A stretch of 60,694 nt of DNA from Thermoplasmata archaeon (GTDB taxonomy: Archaea > Thermoplasmatota > Thermoplasmata > Thermoplasmatales > Thermoplasmataceae). The stretch is from the NCBI GenBank assembly GCA_021819605.1, contig JAKAQT010000001.1, positions 1 to 60,694 on the forward strand, in the 5' to 3' direction. Of the stretch, positions 48,243 through 57,581 are shown one piece after another; positions within the stretch are counted from its first letter, which is position 1; each line of letters opens with the position of its first letter. Position numbers and translations under genes: made by a program. The notes under the pieces are model-generated. The model had not been told where the DNA came from. It ran no database searches and saw only the letters and a program-made list of their open reading frames with translations.

Positions 48243-49472
48243 AATTGATTTGAGACTGTTTCTTGATGCCTCCACGACTTTTCCGAGATCGTCGAGAGTA
48301 TGTACGGAACTGGTAAAGCATGCCTCAAACTGCGATTTCGGGATAAATACCCCATTGTTCAGTATGGTGTTAAAGAACCGTGTGTATAGATCAGTACGTG
48401 ACCTCAAGGCAGCTGCTCCATCAGTAATTTCTCTGTTGTTAAAGAAAACAGTGAACATGGTTCCTGACCTGTTGAACTGAATATCCATGTTCTTTTGCCC
48501 GGCGAAATCGACTATTTCGTCCCCAAACTTTGTTACGTATGACGATATGCCGGCGTAGTCTGTATTTTTCAGTTCCTGCAGGGTGGCATATCCTGCAGCC
48601 ATTGCAAGAGGGCTTCCAGAGAATGTGCCCTGCTGGTAGAAGGTACCACTTGGTGCAACGTCCTCCATTATGTCACGGCGGCCGCCAAACATTCCAACAG
48701 GAAGCCCTCCGCCTATGATCTTTCCAAGCGTTGTCATGTCCGGTTTCACTCCAACCATATTCTGATAGCCGCCGTATGATGATCGGAAACCAGTTATGAC
48801 CTCATCAAAAATCAGAATTGATCCACTGTCACTGGTAAGTTCCCTGGAAGCCTTCAGGAATTCCGGATCTGGTGGTACAACTCCAACATTTCCAAGAACA
48901 GGTTCTGTGATGAAAGCCGCAATCCGCTGGCCAAGATTCCTGAAAACTGTTTCAAGGCCAGGTATGTCATTGAAAGCGACCTCCAGTGTTGAATACCTTG
49001 ACGGGTCAGTATCCGGCTTATACGGGGCTGCAGAAAGGGACATATCATGTGCGCCGTGGAATCCACCTGAAACCTTAAGAATCAGGTCCCTGCCGGTATG
49101 GTGCCTCGCAAGCCTCAGAGCATGCATTGTTGCCTCTGTACCGGAATTTGTGAATCTCATCATCTCTATGGACGGAATTGCTTCCCTTATGGCCTTCCCA
49201 AGCTGGATCTCCCCTTCTGACGGAGCACCAAAAAGTATTCCGCGTTCCATCTGGGACTGAAGTGCTTTCCTTACCTTCTGATTCCCGTGCCCCAGGATGA
49301 GTGGGCCAAATGCCAGGCAATGATCAACATATTCCCTGCCATCGGCATCATAAATCCTGGAACCTGATGCAGAGCTGATGAATCTGGGGTAAGGTTCATA
49401 GAAACGCACAGGCGAGTTCACTCCACCTGGAAAAATCTCCCTTGATTCCTTATAAAGTGATTCTGAAGACAT
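48237..49472 (-). CDS. hemL: Glutamate-1-semialdehyde 2,1-aminomutase
   Basis: 411 aa. FPGGVNSPVR, FTNSGTEATM, ILIFDEVITGFR, the PLP-lysine region TLGKIIGGGLP and GTFSGSPLAMAAG are all present. It is convergent with hemA with a 6-nt overlap. Confidence 0.93.
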   Translation of the reverse strand: MSSESLYKESREIFPGGVNSPVRFYEPYPRFISSASGSRIYDADGREYVDHCLAFGPLILGHGNQKVRKALQSQMERGILFGAPSEGEIQLGKAIREAIPSIEMMRFTNSGTEATMHALRLARHHTGRDLILKVSGGFHGAHDMSLSAAPYKPDTDPSRYSTLEVAFNDIPGLETVFRNLGQRIAAFITEPVLGNVGVVPPDPEFLKASRELTSDSGSILIFDEVITGFRSSYGGYQNMVGVKPDMTTLGKIIGGGLPVGMFGGRRDIMEDVAPSGTFYQQGTFSGSPLAMAAGYATLQELKNTDYAGISSYVTKFGDEIVDFAGQKNMDIQFNRSGTMFTVFFNNREITDGAAALRSRTDLYTRFFNTILNNGVFIPKSQFEACFTSSVHTLDDLGKVVEASRNSLKSIS

Positions 49473-49602
49473 GGCAAGAAATCAGCACCTGAGATTTAGC
49501 TTCTTTCATTGAAGTTTCAACCCAGCCGTTATGTGTTATGTTTCAAGTGCACCCCTGTTGAGAAAAGTCAGATTAATTACCATACATGCCATGGGGTTGC
49601 AA

Positions 49603-50541
49603 ATGGTGAATGAGAAGTCCTTCGTAGAGGAAGCAATCCAAGAGATAAGATCAAAACTTACGGATCGCGGCATCCTGGCATGTTCTGGCGGGCAGGACAG
49701 CACACTTCTTGCGGTGCTGGCCAACAGGGCTGCCGGAGAGAAGGTTCTTACGGTGTTCGTTGACACGGGCCTCCTCAGAAAGGGCGAACGTGAAAGAGTG
49801 GAAGCAATTTTCAGGAAATTTTCCTTAAACTACCGCATAATTGATGCCTCAGACCGCTTTCTGTCAGCCCTGAAGGGCATATCAGAGCCAGAGCAGAAGA
49901 GGAAGATCATAGGCAAGACCTTCATCGATGTTTTCGAGGAAGTGGCAAAGGAATATGGCGCAAGGTTCCTCCTGCAGGGAACAATTGCCCCTGACTGGAT
50001 TGAGAGCGGCGGCAGCGTCCGGGAAGTAATCAAGAGCCACCATAATGTTGGTGGCCTCCCGGATAAAATGAACCTGACGCTCATTGAACCACTCAGGGAC
50101 CTTTACAAGGATGAGATCCGGGACATCTCACGTTTCGTAGGGCTGGATACGGACGTACAGCCATTTCCCGGCCCCGGCCTTGCAGTACGAATAATTGGGG
50201 AGATCACCAGGGAGAAGGCAGATCTCCTGCGGGATGTAACGGAGATAGTGGAACGTGGTGTCAGGGATGAGTACACTGATGCATCTGGCAGGCCCTGGCA
50301 GTACTTTGCAGTGCTCCTGCCGATTCAGAGCACCGGCATACATGGAGACAAGAGAACTTACGGTAACACGGTAGCCATACGGATGATTGATACGAGCGAT
50401 GCAATGAGCGGCACATTCACGAGGCCATCATGGGACTTCCTTGACAGAATTTCCACCGAGATAACCAACGAGGTGAAGGGCATCAACCGCGTTGTTTATG
50501 ATGTGACCAACAAGCCGCCGGCGACAATTGAATGGGAATGA
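49603..50541 (+). CDS. guaA: GMP synthase (glutamine-hydrolysing) subunit B (ATP pyrophosphatase domain)
   Basis: It has the PP-loop ([12 protein letters not shown]), HHNVGGLP and the C-terminal PPATIEWE. No GATase domain is present, so this is the archaeal split form. I place the start at ATG 49603; the track ORF starts at 49531. Confidence 0.9.
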   Translation: MVNEKSFVEEAIQEIRSKLTDRGILACSGGQDSTLLAVLANRAAGEKVLTVFVDTGLLRKGERERVEAIFRKFSLNYRIIDASDRFLSALKGISEPEQKRKIIGKTFIDVFEEVAKEYGARFLLQGTIAPDWIESGGSVREVIKSHHNVGGLPDKMNLTLIEPLRDLYKDEIRDISRFVGLDTDVQPFPGPGLAVRIIGEITREKADLLRDVTEIVERGVRDEYTDASGRPWQYFAVLLPIQSTGIHGDKRTYGNTVAIRMIDTSDAMSGTFTRPSWDFLDRISTEITNEVKGINRVVYDVTNKPPATIEWE

Positions 50542-50611
50542 GAACTTCGGGTTGTCAGGTAATTTAAATATATGGCGAAGCATTGTGGGTAATTATCATT
50601 AAAGGGATATC

Positions 50612-51214
50612 ATGACAGAAGAGGAATTATTGCTTTCGGAAGAGGAATACCAGAAATCCGGCATTCACATAGGAACACAGGTCAAGTCAAAGGATATGCA
50701 GGAGTACATCTTCAAGATCAGGAACGACGGCCTTTACATTCTTGACATTAAGAAGACAAACAGCAAGCTCATAGTTGCAGGAAAGATGCTGTCCAGGTTC
50801 AAGCCCTCTGAAATACTTGTTGTTGCCCAGAGGCAGTATGCATTCAAACCAGTCACAAAGTTTTCTGAAGTGGTGGGGGCAGAATCCATAGTCGGCAGGT
50901 TCATTCCGGGCACCCTGACCAACCCACAGCTGTCAAGTTACAGGGAAGCAAAGGTAATTATAATCACCGATCCCCTGGCAGACACGCAGGTCATGAAGGA
51001 GGCAAAGAGGGTGGGAGTACCAATAGTGGCTCTCTGCGATGCAAATAATAAGACTGATTTCGTTGACCTCATAATACCCACAAACAACAAGGGAAGAAGG
51101 TCCCTGGCAGTGATATACTGGCTGCTGGCAAGGGAGATCCTGAAGAACCGCGGTACCATAAAGGATTACTCGGAGTTCAACTACACCATTGATGATTTCG
51201 AATCCCAGATCTGA
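50612..51214 (+). CDS. rps2: 30S ribosomal protein uS2
   Basis: 200 aa. YQKSGIHIGTQVKSKDMQEYIFKIRNDGLYILDIKKT and IPIVALCDANN are archaeal S2 signatures. Confidence 0.93.
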   Translation: MTEEELLLSEEEYQKSGIHIGTQVKSKDMQEYIFKIRNDGLYILDIKKTNSKLIVAGKMLSRFKPSEILVVAQRQYAFKPVTKFSEVVGAESIVGRFIPGTLTNPQLSSYREAKVIIITDPLADTQVMKEAKRVGVPIVALCDANNKTDFVDLIIPTNNKGRRSLAVIYWLLAREILKNRGTIKDYSEFNYTIDDFESQI

Positions 51215-52149
51215 TCATCATTGAGAAAGGGGTCCCTGACCCTTATAATTTTTACATATGCGGTCTTAGAACCAGATCTTCCGGCAAATACCATTTCTTT
51301 CCTGACGCCCTGCGCAACCCTTACTGCCCTGCTTATTTTGTACCATTCCTCCGTCTCTTCAAGCACATGCACAAGGAACTCTGCATGGGCGTCAATGTTC
51401 ACACCATAAACCCTGAAATTTGCTCCGTACTTGAATCCTGTTCTCACGATGAATCCTCTGGACACCAGATCACGGAAAACTGTCATGGTGAGGCTCTCAT
51501 CATTACCTGCAGTTCCGGACAGAAGTGAAGATTCGTATTCGTTCAGGAGCCTTATGCTCCCGAGGGTTGTCCCCATCCATTCAGGTATGCCGCTGTCCTC
51601 GGAGGCGGGAGTACCCTTGAGATCAACAATGTTCCTTGGGCTGCCCAGCACAGTATTGACACTACCTTCAGGTTCGAACAGTCTGGCAATGAACATTGTG
51701 ATATCATGATCGTCGTCTATGGCAGCATAGATTGAATCATTGCCCGATACGAGCTGGGAAAATGTGATTGTGCGGTCCTCCCTGACGGTGACAACAGGCC
51801 CCCTGTAGTCCTCGCGTGGCGTTCTTCTGTAGTACATGGAGTTGTTCTCAACCTTCACCAGGAAGCCTTTTGATTTCAGCAACTGAAAGAGGTAGAAGCG
51901 ATCAGTGAACCCAGGAGGCTGATCAAACGCGCTGATGAGGGAAAGAAGGCTTCTCATGGAAGGGTTTTCTGCTGTGATTCTTCCCTTAATAACAAGATAG
52001 AGCGCTTCATACGGGTCCAGGTAAAGGATCCCGGAAATTATCCTGCCCACTCTGTACTTGCTCTGCAGATGAGATGGCCCCTTCCCCTCCTCAATGGAAA
52101 AGACAACTTTCTCGCATATCGCCCTATGCGGTCCGCTGCCTTTTTGCAT
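51181..52149 (-). CDS. endA: tRNA-splicing endonuclease (two-domain type)
   Basis: The C-terminal catalytic domain reads GFIVRTGFKYGANFRVYG...HAEFLVHV..., and an N-terminal degenerate repeat is present. The start is uncertain (ATG 52149 or 52206) and both overlap the GTPase gene. The 3' end overlaps rps2 by 34 nt (convergent). Confidence 0.8.
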   Translation of the reverse strand: MQKGSGPHRAICEKVVFSIEEGKGPSHLQSKYRVGRIISGILYLDPYEALYLVIKGRITAENPSMRSLLSLISAFDQPPGFTDRFYLFQLLKSKGFLVKVENNSMYYRRTPREDYRGPVVTVREDRTITFSQLVSGNDSIYAAIDDDHDITMFIARLFEPEGSVNTVLGSPRNIVDLKGTPASEDSGIPEWMGTTLGSIRLLNEYESSLLSGTAGNDESLTMTVFRDLVSRGFIVRTGFKYGANFRVYGVNIDAHAEFLVHVLEETEEWYKISRAVRVAQGVRKEMVFAGRSGSKTAYVKIIRVRDPFLNDDQIWDSKSSMV

Positions 52150-52654
52150 AAACTCTCTCCACAAGGCTGTCGGTGATTCTGCCCAGCAGCTCCGGAATGC
52201 CTTCACCGGTCCGCGAGGATACCATCACATAGTCCACTTTTTCCTTTTTTCCAATCTTCTCAATATCCTCAGTCCAGATCTGGGCCTCGTACTTCATGTC
52301 AGATTTTGCACCCACCAGCAGAATCTGGGGTTTCTTCTCAAAAGTCTTGGAATATTTCACTATGTCATGGGCAAAGTCCAGTGATGCAGGGTTTGTGACG
52401 TCCACCAGCACAAGTATGATGTTGGATCCAGGAAGAAACCTTTCCGCCTCCGGCCCGTCAGATATTTCCTGAAGTAGAAGATCAGCTGATATCTTGGTGC
52501 CGTCCCGATCAACAACAAGACGCTTCCTGGAAAGCAGTTTTGAAGCTGAACCAGGGCTGTCAGAATCGTATACTACCCGGGATATAAGGGCACTTTTGCC
52601 GGTACCTTTGCCTCCGGCAACACTAACTTTCCAGGCGACACGATCCATGACCAT
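52124..52654 (-). CDS. Ras/Rab-like small GTPase with degenerate G3/G4 motifs
   Basis: G1 is GGKGTGKS. The switch II region is LLLQEISDGPEAERF (compare LQIWDTAGQERF). G4 is GAKSD (instead of NKxD) and G5 is SSRTGEG. I place the start at ATG 52654; the track uses TTG 52660. Confidence 0.65.
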   Translation of the reverse strand: MVMDRVAWKVSVAGGKGTGKSALISRVVYDSDSPGSASKLLSRKRLVVDRDGTKISADLLLQEISDGPEAERFLPGSNIILVLVDVTNPASLDFAHDIVKYSKTFEKKPQILLVGAKSDMKYEAQIWTEDIEKIGKKEKVDYVMVSSRTGEGIPELLGRITDSLVERVYAKRQRTA

Positions 52655-53020
52655 TGGCAATTGATTAGGAGGATTTTCTTATAGTTTTTGCTGGTGAAAT
52701 CTCGGTTCGATGCAAATTGCCGCCGCAGTATAGAAAGTTACAAATACGGTATGCTCTGTTTCGATATTTCCACGGAAATATCATGAATTTTTCTCAACTT
52801 GACTGCAGGGAAGTCTGTATTATTAAGGCATTCTGGGTGACTCTGTGTTCACCGACGTTTTGACGCTATTCAACATTCGCTATTGATCACTGCTCTGGAG
52901 GGGCGCCATATTGTTGCATCTCAATGTAATATTCTGTCAACCGTGTAAAATGTTGGCTCTGACAATGATTCGCACTGAATAGGTTTATTAACTTTTTGGG
53001 CATACTTGGATGGTGACATT

Positions 53021-54229
53021 ATGGAATTCAAGTTTTCAGATAACCTGAAGAATATGAAGCCTTCCGAGATAAGGGAACTCCTTAAATATGCAACCAACAA
53101 GAATCTCATATCATTTGGTGGAGGCATGCCCAATCCCGAAACGTTTCCAATGGCAGACCTAAAGTCCATTATGGATGACGTGATGAATCAGTATGGGACA
53201 ATGGCGCTGCAGTATGGAAACACCGGCGGCCTTAACGAGCTGCGCACAGAAATAGTGCGCCTTGTCAGGGAAACTGAAAACATAAAGAGTTCCGAATCGC
53301 AGGTCCTTGTCACAGCCGGGTCACAGCAGGGGCTCTATGAGTTAGCAAAGATACTTGTGAATCCTGGTGACGCAATAATTACGGAAGAGCCGACGTACGT
53401 TGGCGCCATATCTGCCTTTGACGCAAATGAGGCTGATATGCATTCCATTCCAATGGACGAAAATGGCCTCAAGACAGAACTGGTTGAAGCCGAAATCAAG
53501 AAACTCATATCAAAGGGAAAGAAACCCAAGTTCATCTACACAATACCAACATTCCAGAACCCTACCGGGGTAACCATGAGCCTGGACAGAAGGCGCCACC
53601 TCATAGAGATTTCTCAGAAATACCAGGTTCCCCTGGTGGAGGACAACCCGTACGGGGAGCTCAGGTATGATGGGGAGAGGATACCATCCCTTAAATCGCT
53701 CGACCCGGATGTCATTTATCTGGGGACATTCTCCAAGATAATGTGTCCAGGACTCAGGATGGGCTTCACAGTGGCACCCGAGTCTTTCATCTCAAGAGTG
53801 AACCTTCTGAAGCAGGCTCTTGATCTGTCCTCCAGCACCTTCAGCCAGTTTGTGGCGTGGCAGTACCTTGCCAGAGACGAGGTAAAGAAGCAGATTCCCA
53901 AGACAATCAAACTGTACAGGAGAAAGAGGGATACCATGTTCAAGGCACTTGAACAGTATTTTCCGGAGGGATCAAGCTGGTCAAAACCGCTTGGTGGAAT
54001 GTTCCTATGGGCCACAGTTGATTCCAGGATAAACACTACGGATATGCTGCAGGATGCCATACAGGATGGTGTAGCCTATGTCAGCGGAAACGCTTTCTCT
54101 CCGGCCAGGAACCAGGCAAACAGCATGAGGCTGAACTTCACGTTCTCCGAAGATGAACAGATTTACGAGGGAATCAGGAGGCTCGCTTCTGTACTGGAGA
54201 AGAAAATGTCCGTGCTTCAGCCCCAGTAG
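53021..54229 (+). CDS. Class I/II PLP-dependent aminotransferase (2-aminoadipate/aromatic aminotransferase-like)
   Basis: About 402 aa. IRELLKYATNKNLISFGGGMPNPETFP, the FQNPTG motif and the PLP-lysine region GTFSKIMCPGLRMG are present. Confidence 0.85.
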   Translation: MEFKFSDNLKNMKPSEIRELLKYATNKNLISFGGGMPNPETFPMADLKSIMDDVMNQYGTMALQYGNTGGLNELRTEIVRLVRETENIKSSESQVLVTAGSQQGLYELAKILVNPGDAIITEEPTYVGAISAFDANEADMHSIPMDENGLKTELVEAEIKKLISKGKKPKFIYTIPTFQNPTGVTMSLDRRRHLIEISQKYQVPLVEDNPYGELRYDGERIPSLKSLDPDVIYLGTFSKIMCPGLRMGFTVAPESFISRVNLLKQALDLSSSTFSQFVAWQYLARDEVKKQIPKTIKLYRRKRDTMFKALEQYFPEGSSWSKPLGGMFLWATVDSRINTTDMLQDAIQDGVAYVSGNAFSPARNQANSMRLNFTFSEDEQIYEGIRRLASVLEKKMSVLQPQ

Positions 54230-54241
54230 GCTGATAACACC

Positions 54242-55228
54242 ATGATCACAGTATTGGGCGGATCTTTCACAAGATTCCACAAAGGGCATAAGCTGATGCT
54301 CGATGCCGCAATCAGGACAGGAAACCACCTGATTGTGGGTCTTGCATCAGATGATTTTCTTAAGAGCCACAAGGCGTATGACGCTCCCAAATATTCTGTT
54401 AGAAAGCGCGCTCTTGATAACTATATATCCCGCTTTACGTCGGATTATGAGATATATCCTCTTGATTCGAGAAACGGGAACGCCGATTCTTCAGCTGAAT
54501 ACGATGCCATTGTTGTATCAAGGGAAACCCGTGCCCAGGCTGAAGCAATAAATTCGTCAAGGATCCAGAAAGGGCTCAAGCCACTGAGGATCGTGGAAGT
54601 GCCCATTGCTCTGGCAGAAGATCTTTTTCCAATAAGTTCCAGCAGGATTGTGAGAGGAGAAATCAGGGCAAACGGCCGGCGGGTTACGCCAGTCCTCATA
54701 GGAATATCCACTGCCAACAGCCTCAAGGTCATGGCTCTGGATAGATATATCTCTAAGGTTATGAGAAATTATGAAATCTTTCGCAATCAGGAGTATGAAC
54801 TGGAGACAGATCAGCCACTTGGCACCGACACCCAGATAAATGCAATGAAGAGGGCCCAGGCCGCCCTGGGGTCACGGGACTATGGCGTTGGTGTTGAATC
54901 CGGTGTATATATGGATCGGGTTACGGGAAGCGTGATTGACATCCATTACTGTGTGGTCATTGACAGATATTCCAGGGTTACAGTGGGTACTGGAAGCGGC
55001 TTCGCGGTTCCAGAGGACATTGTCAGGGGAATCAGGAACGGGCTTACGGAATCTCAGGCTTTTGTAGAATCCTATGGCGGCACGGATCCTGGATCAACTT
55101 CCGGTATTGCAGGAATAATCTCGGGCAACAGGATCACCAGACAGGAACTTGTTTATGAGGCCATCAGAAATGCATTCATCCCAAGAACAGGTGCTTCATT
55201 CTATGGTCTGGATGAAAAGATCCAGTGA
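54242..55228 (+). CDS. coaD: Fusion protein: archaeal phosphopantetheine adenylyltransferase (N) plus YjjX/DUF84 non-canonical purine NTPase (C)
   Basis: aa 1-145 has the nucleotidyltransferase HxGH (GGSFTRFHKGHKLML) and ISSSRIVRGEI. aa 150-328 aligns by eye along its whole length with E. coli YjjX (ISTANSLKV / TTNPAKIQA; YGVGVESGV / FWVAIEAGI; GIAGIISGNRITR / GAIGVFTAGKLTR). Confidence 0.75.
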   Translation: MITVLGGSFTRFHKGHKLMLDAAIRTGNHLIVGLASDDFLKSHKAYDAPKYSVRKRALDNYISRFTSDYEIYPLDSRNGNADSSAEYDAIVVSRETRAQAEAINSSRIQKGLKPLRIVEVPIALAEDLFPISSSRIVRGEIRANGRRVTPVLIGISTANSLKVMALDRYISKVMRNYEIFRNQEYELETDQPLGTDTQINAMKRAQAALGSRDYGVGVESGVYMDRVTGSVIDIHYCVVIDRYSRVTVGTGSGFAVPEDIVRGIRNGLTESQAFVESYGGTDPGSTSGIAGIISGNRITRQELVYEAIRNAFIPRTGASFYGLDEKIQ

Positions 55229-55336
55229 ATTTTGGCACTGTGTATCGGTGCCATTAGGCTTCCTCCGGCCCTTAAAAGTGTTCCTGCACATCTACATAAC
55301 GGTTAAGTATGGGGAAGCCATTAAAAAAAGAGCATA

Positions 55337-55636
55337 ATGGTTACTAAGGAGGAAATTCTGGAACAACTGAAACAGGTTTCAGATCCGGAAATAGGCATGG
55401 ACGTGGTTAACCTTGGTCTCGTTTATGATGTGGAGATCAATGGTGACAGGGTCTATATTAAGATGACAATGACCGCACCCACGTGCCCGGTTACGCCATG
55501 GATACTTTCTGAAGCTCAGAGGATAGTGGAGAACATGGAGGGTGTCGAGGCTGCAGATATAGAGCTTGTATGGGACCCGCCATGGAATCCTTCAATGATG
55601 ACCGATGAGGCCAAGGAAGCCCTGAATATGACATAG
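55337..55636 (+). CDS. DUF59 / MIP18-family Fe-S assembly-related protein
   Basis: 99 aa. VSDPEIGMDVVNLGLVYDVEI...IKMTMTAPTCPV is the canonical DUF59 motif, including the conserved Cys. Confidence 0.85.
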   Translation: MVTKEEILEQLKQVSDPEIGMDVVNLGLVYDVEINGDRVYIKMTMTAPTCPVTPWILSEAQRIVENMEGVEAADIELVWDPPWNPSMMTDEAKEALNMT

Positions 55637-55693
55637 GATTCCAGCTAGCGGCGGGGCTTATCTGAGCATATTATTATCATTCGGGAATTCGCC

Positions 55694-55705
55694 TTTTTAT
55701 TTCTT
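55694..55705 (+). terminator. Oligo-T tract downstream of the DUF59 gene
   Basis: TTTTTATTTCTT lies about 58 nt after the stop codon. Archaeal termination commonly uses T-runs. Confidence 0.3.
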
Positions 55706-55753
55706 GTGAGGGCTGAGATTTTGTCATGAAACGACGCACCTTTAAATACCCTT

Positions 55754-55761
55754 TTTATATA
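55754..55761 (+). promoter_or_regulatory. Candidate TATA box (TTTATATA) for tbp
   Basis: A consensus-like archaeal TATA box is centred about 23-24 nt upstream of the tbp ATG (55781). Confidence 0.5.
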
Positions 55762-55780
55762 GTGAACGAAAGGGTTATTT

Positions 55781-56335
55781 ATGAGCGAGAGAGAAAAGAT
55801 TACAGTGGAAAACATCGTGGCTTCTACGTCACTGGCGGAACATCTTGATCTGAGCAGGATCGCACTTGCACTTGAGGGATCGGAATACGAACCTGAACAG
55901 TTTCCTGGCCTTATCTACCGTCTGCATGAGCCAAAGACAGCTGTCCTCATATTCAGAAGCGGCAAGGTCAACTGCACAGGTGCCAAGAATCTTGCAAATG
56001 TGAAGCTCACAATCGACACAATAATCCAGAAGCTGAAAAAGGCCGGTATTGAAGTATATGACAACCCGGATATCGTTGTCCAGAACATAGTTGCAGTGTA
56101 TGATCTCGAGGCGGAACTCAACCTCACGGATATTGCCATGTCACTTGGGCTGGAGAACGTGGAGTATGAGCCGGAGCAATTCCCGGGCCTTGTCTACAGG
56201 GTCGAGGAGCCCAAGGTGGTTCTTCTGCTTTTCGGGTCCGGTAAGGTGGTCTGTACCGGCGCCAAGGAAGAAAGCGAGATTGAGCAGGCCGTCATAAAGG
56301 TGAAGAAGGAACTTCAGAAAGTTGGCCTGATCTGA
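55781..56335 (+). CDS. tbp: TATA-box binding protein
   Basis: 184 aa with two direct repeats (ENIVASTSL...YEPEQFPGLIYRL and QNIVAVYDL...YEPEQFPGLVYRV). Confidence 0.96.
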   Translation: MSEREKITVENIVASTSLAEHLDLSRIALALEGSEYEPEQFPGLIYRLHEPKTAVLIFRSGKVNCTGAKNLANVKLTIDTIIQKLKKAGIEVYDNPDIVVQNIVAVYDLEAELNLTDIAMSLGLENVEYEPEQFPGLVYRVEEPKVVLLLFGSGKVVCTGAKEESEIEQAVIKVKKELQKVGLI

Positions 56336-57553
56336 TCACCAGGTCATATTATTTTTCAGAATTTCCCTTATGAGGGATGTTGCATAAATCCCTCTGCCTA
56401 GGTTGAATTCCATTATTCCATCACTTTTAATGGAAAGGTCTGACTGAAAGCAGGACACAATCCTTCTTTCTCCGGATGATGAAAATTCCGGATACCATCG
56501 GAGACGGAACATTCCGGGATTCACGCCCTCTTCTTCAAGTACATTCTTTTCGAACTCACCCTGTGGGCCATCCGTCAAATGGGTATCAAATCCTATGAGT
56601 GGCGCGGAAGGCCGAAGCCTGTTCTGCCTCACCGCGTCTTCCAGGATTCCCCGGTTCATTGAGTTGACCCTGATCTCCTTCCTTGTGTCGCTGTTGAAAA
56701 GTCCATCAACAGGATAGAGAACATCGCCTTCATTGACAGAGTTGATTCCAAGCTCCCTGATGCGCATGGATACGATTCTGTTGAAGAGATAGGACTGATA
56801 TGCATGAACGAACATCATTCCCAGATTCCTTGGGAACGCAGCCAGTGATCCCCTGAGGGTTCCATGCTCCAGCATGTAGCCAAGAAGTGTTCTCTCAAAG
56901 TTCAGATGCATGGGAAATTCCTTCAGCGCCAGTCTGGCATCCATGGTGGAGGCAAAAGCCCTCCTGTAGTATTCTGTGTCTATGTCGGGATCATATATGT
57001 ATTCCAGGGCGGCCTCATCGTCCTTTCCCTCAACAAGCAGTTTTCCAACCCGGTGGGTGTTGGTCCTGATGCTGCCGAAACGCTGAAGACCGAAATAATT
57101 TGGAAACCCACCTGAGGACTTGAGTTCATCAACCACATCACCAAGTGAACCTACGCCTTCGCCATCCGGGTGAAGGTTCACGGTGAACCTGTTGCCCATA
57201 AGATCGCCAAGCGCAAGCATCCTGTCTGTTCTGAACCAGTCCAGGATTTCACAGTCCGATATTCTGATGGCGGATGGGTCAAAATCATGGTTTATGCTGA
57301 AATACTGCGTGGTCACAGCGTGTTTATCCTTGGTTCCACAGTAGGTTATGCGCTTGTGGCTTATGTGGAGTTCCCGGGCCAGGAAGATTATGAACCGGTT
57401 TGTATCCCATTCCCTGAGTTTTGCCCTGATGACAATGTATTTGCCCCTGTCTGATCTGCGGACTTCATTTGGAATCTCCTCCACAAGAAAATCCTCCGGG
57501 GCCTGTTTGAAAACGCCCCTGAGCGGCTTTATGTCGGTTGCATAACTTTCCAT
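56336..57553 (-). CDS. truD: tRNA pseudouridine synthase TruD/Pus7 family
   Basis: It has the catalytic-Asp motif GTKDKHAVTTQ and the NYFGLQRFG motif. I place the start at ATG 57553; the track uses GTG 57559. Confidence 0.88.
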   Translation of the reverse strand: MESYATDIKPLRGVFKQAPEDFLVEEIPNEVRRSDRGKYIVIRAKLREWDTNRFIIFLARELHISHKRITYCGTKDKHAVTTQYFSINHDFDPSAIRISDCEILDWFRTDRMLALGDLMGNRFTVNLHPDGEGVGSLGDVVDELKSSGGFPNYFGLQRFGSIRTNTHRVGKLLVEGKDDEAALEYIYDPDIDTEYYRRAFASTMDARLALKEFPMHLNFERTLLGYMLEHGTLRGSLAAFPRNLGMMFVHAYQSYLFNRIVSMRIRELGINSVNEGDVLYPVDGLFNSDTRKEIRVNSMNRGILEDAVRQNRLRPSAPLIGFDTHLTDGPQGEFEKNVLEEEGVNPGMFRLRWYPEFSSSGERRIVSCFQSDLSIKSDGIMEFNLGRGIYATSLIREILKNNMTW

Positions 57554-57581
57554 GCCCACCGACAGTTCTTGTTCAGGCGGG

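Noticed and set aside
52690-52730. GGTTCGATG sequence resembling a tRNA T-loop in the long spacer
   Set aside because: There is no complementary T-stem, acceptor stem or anticodon arm around it on either strand.
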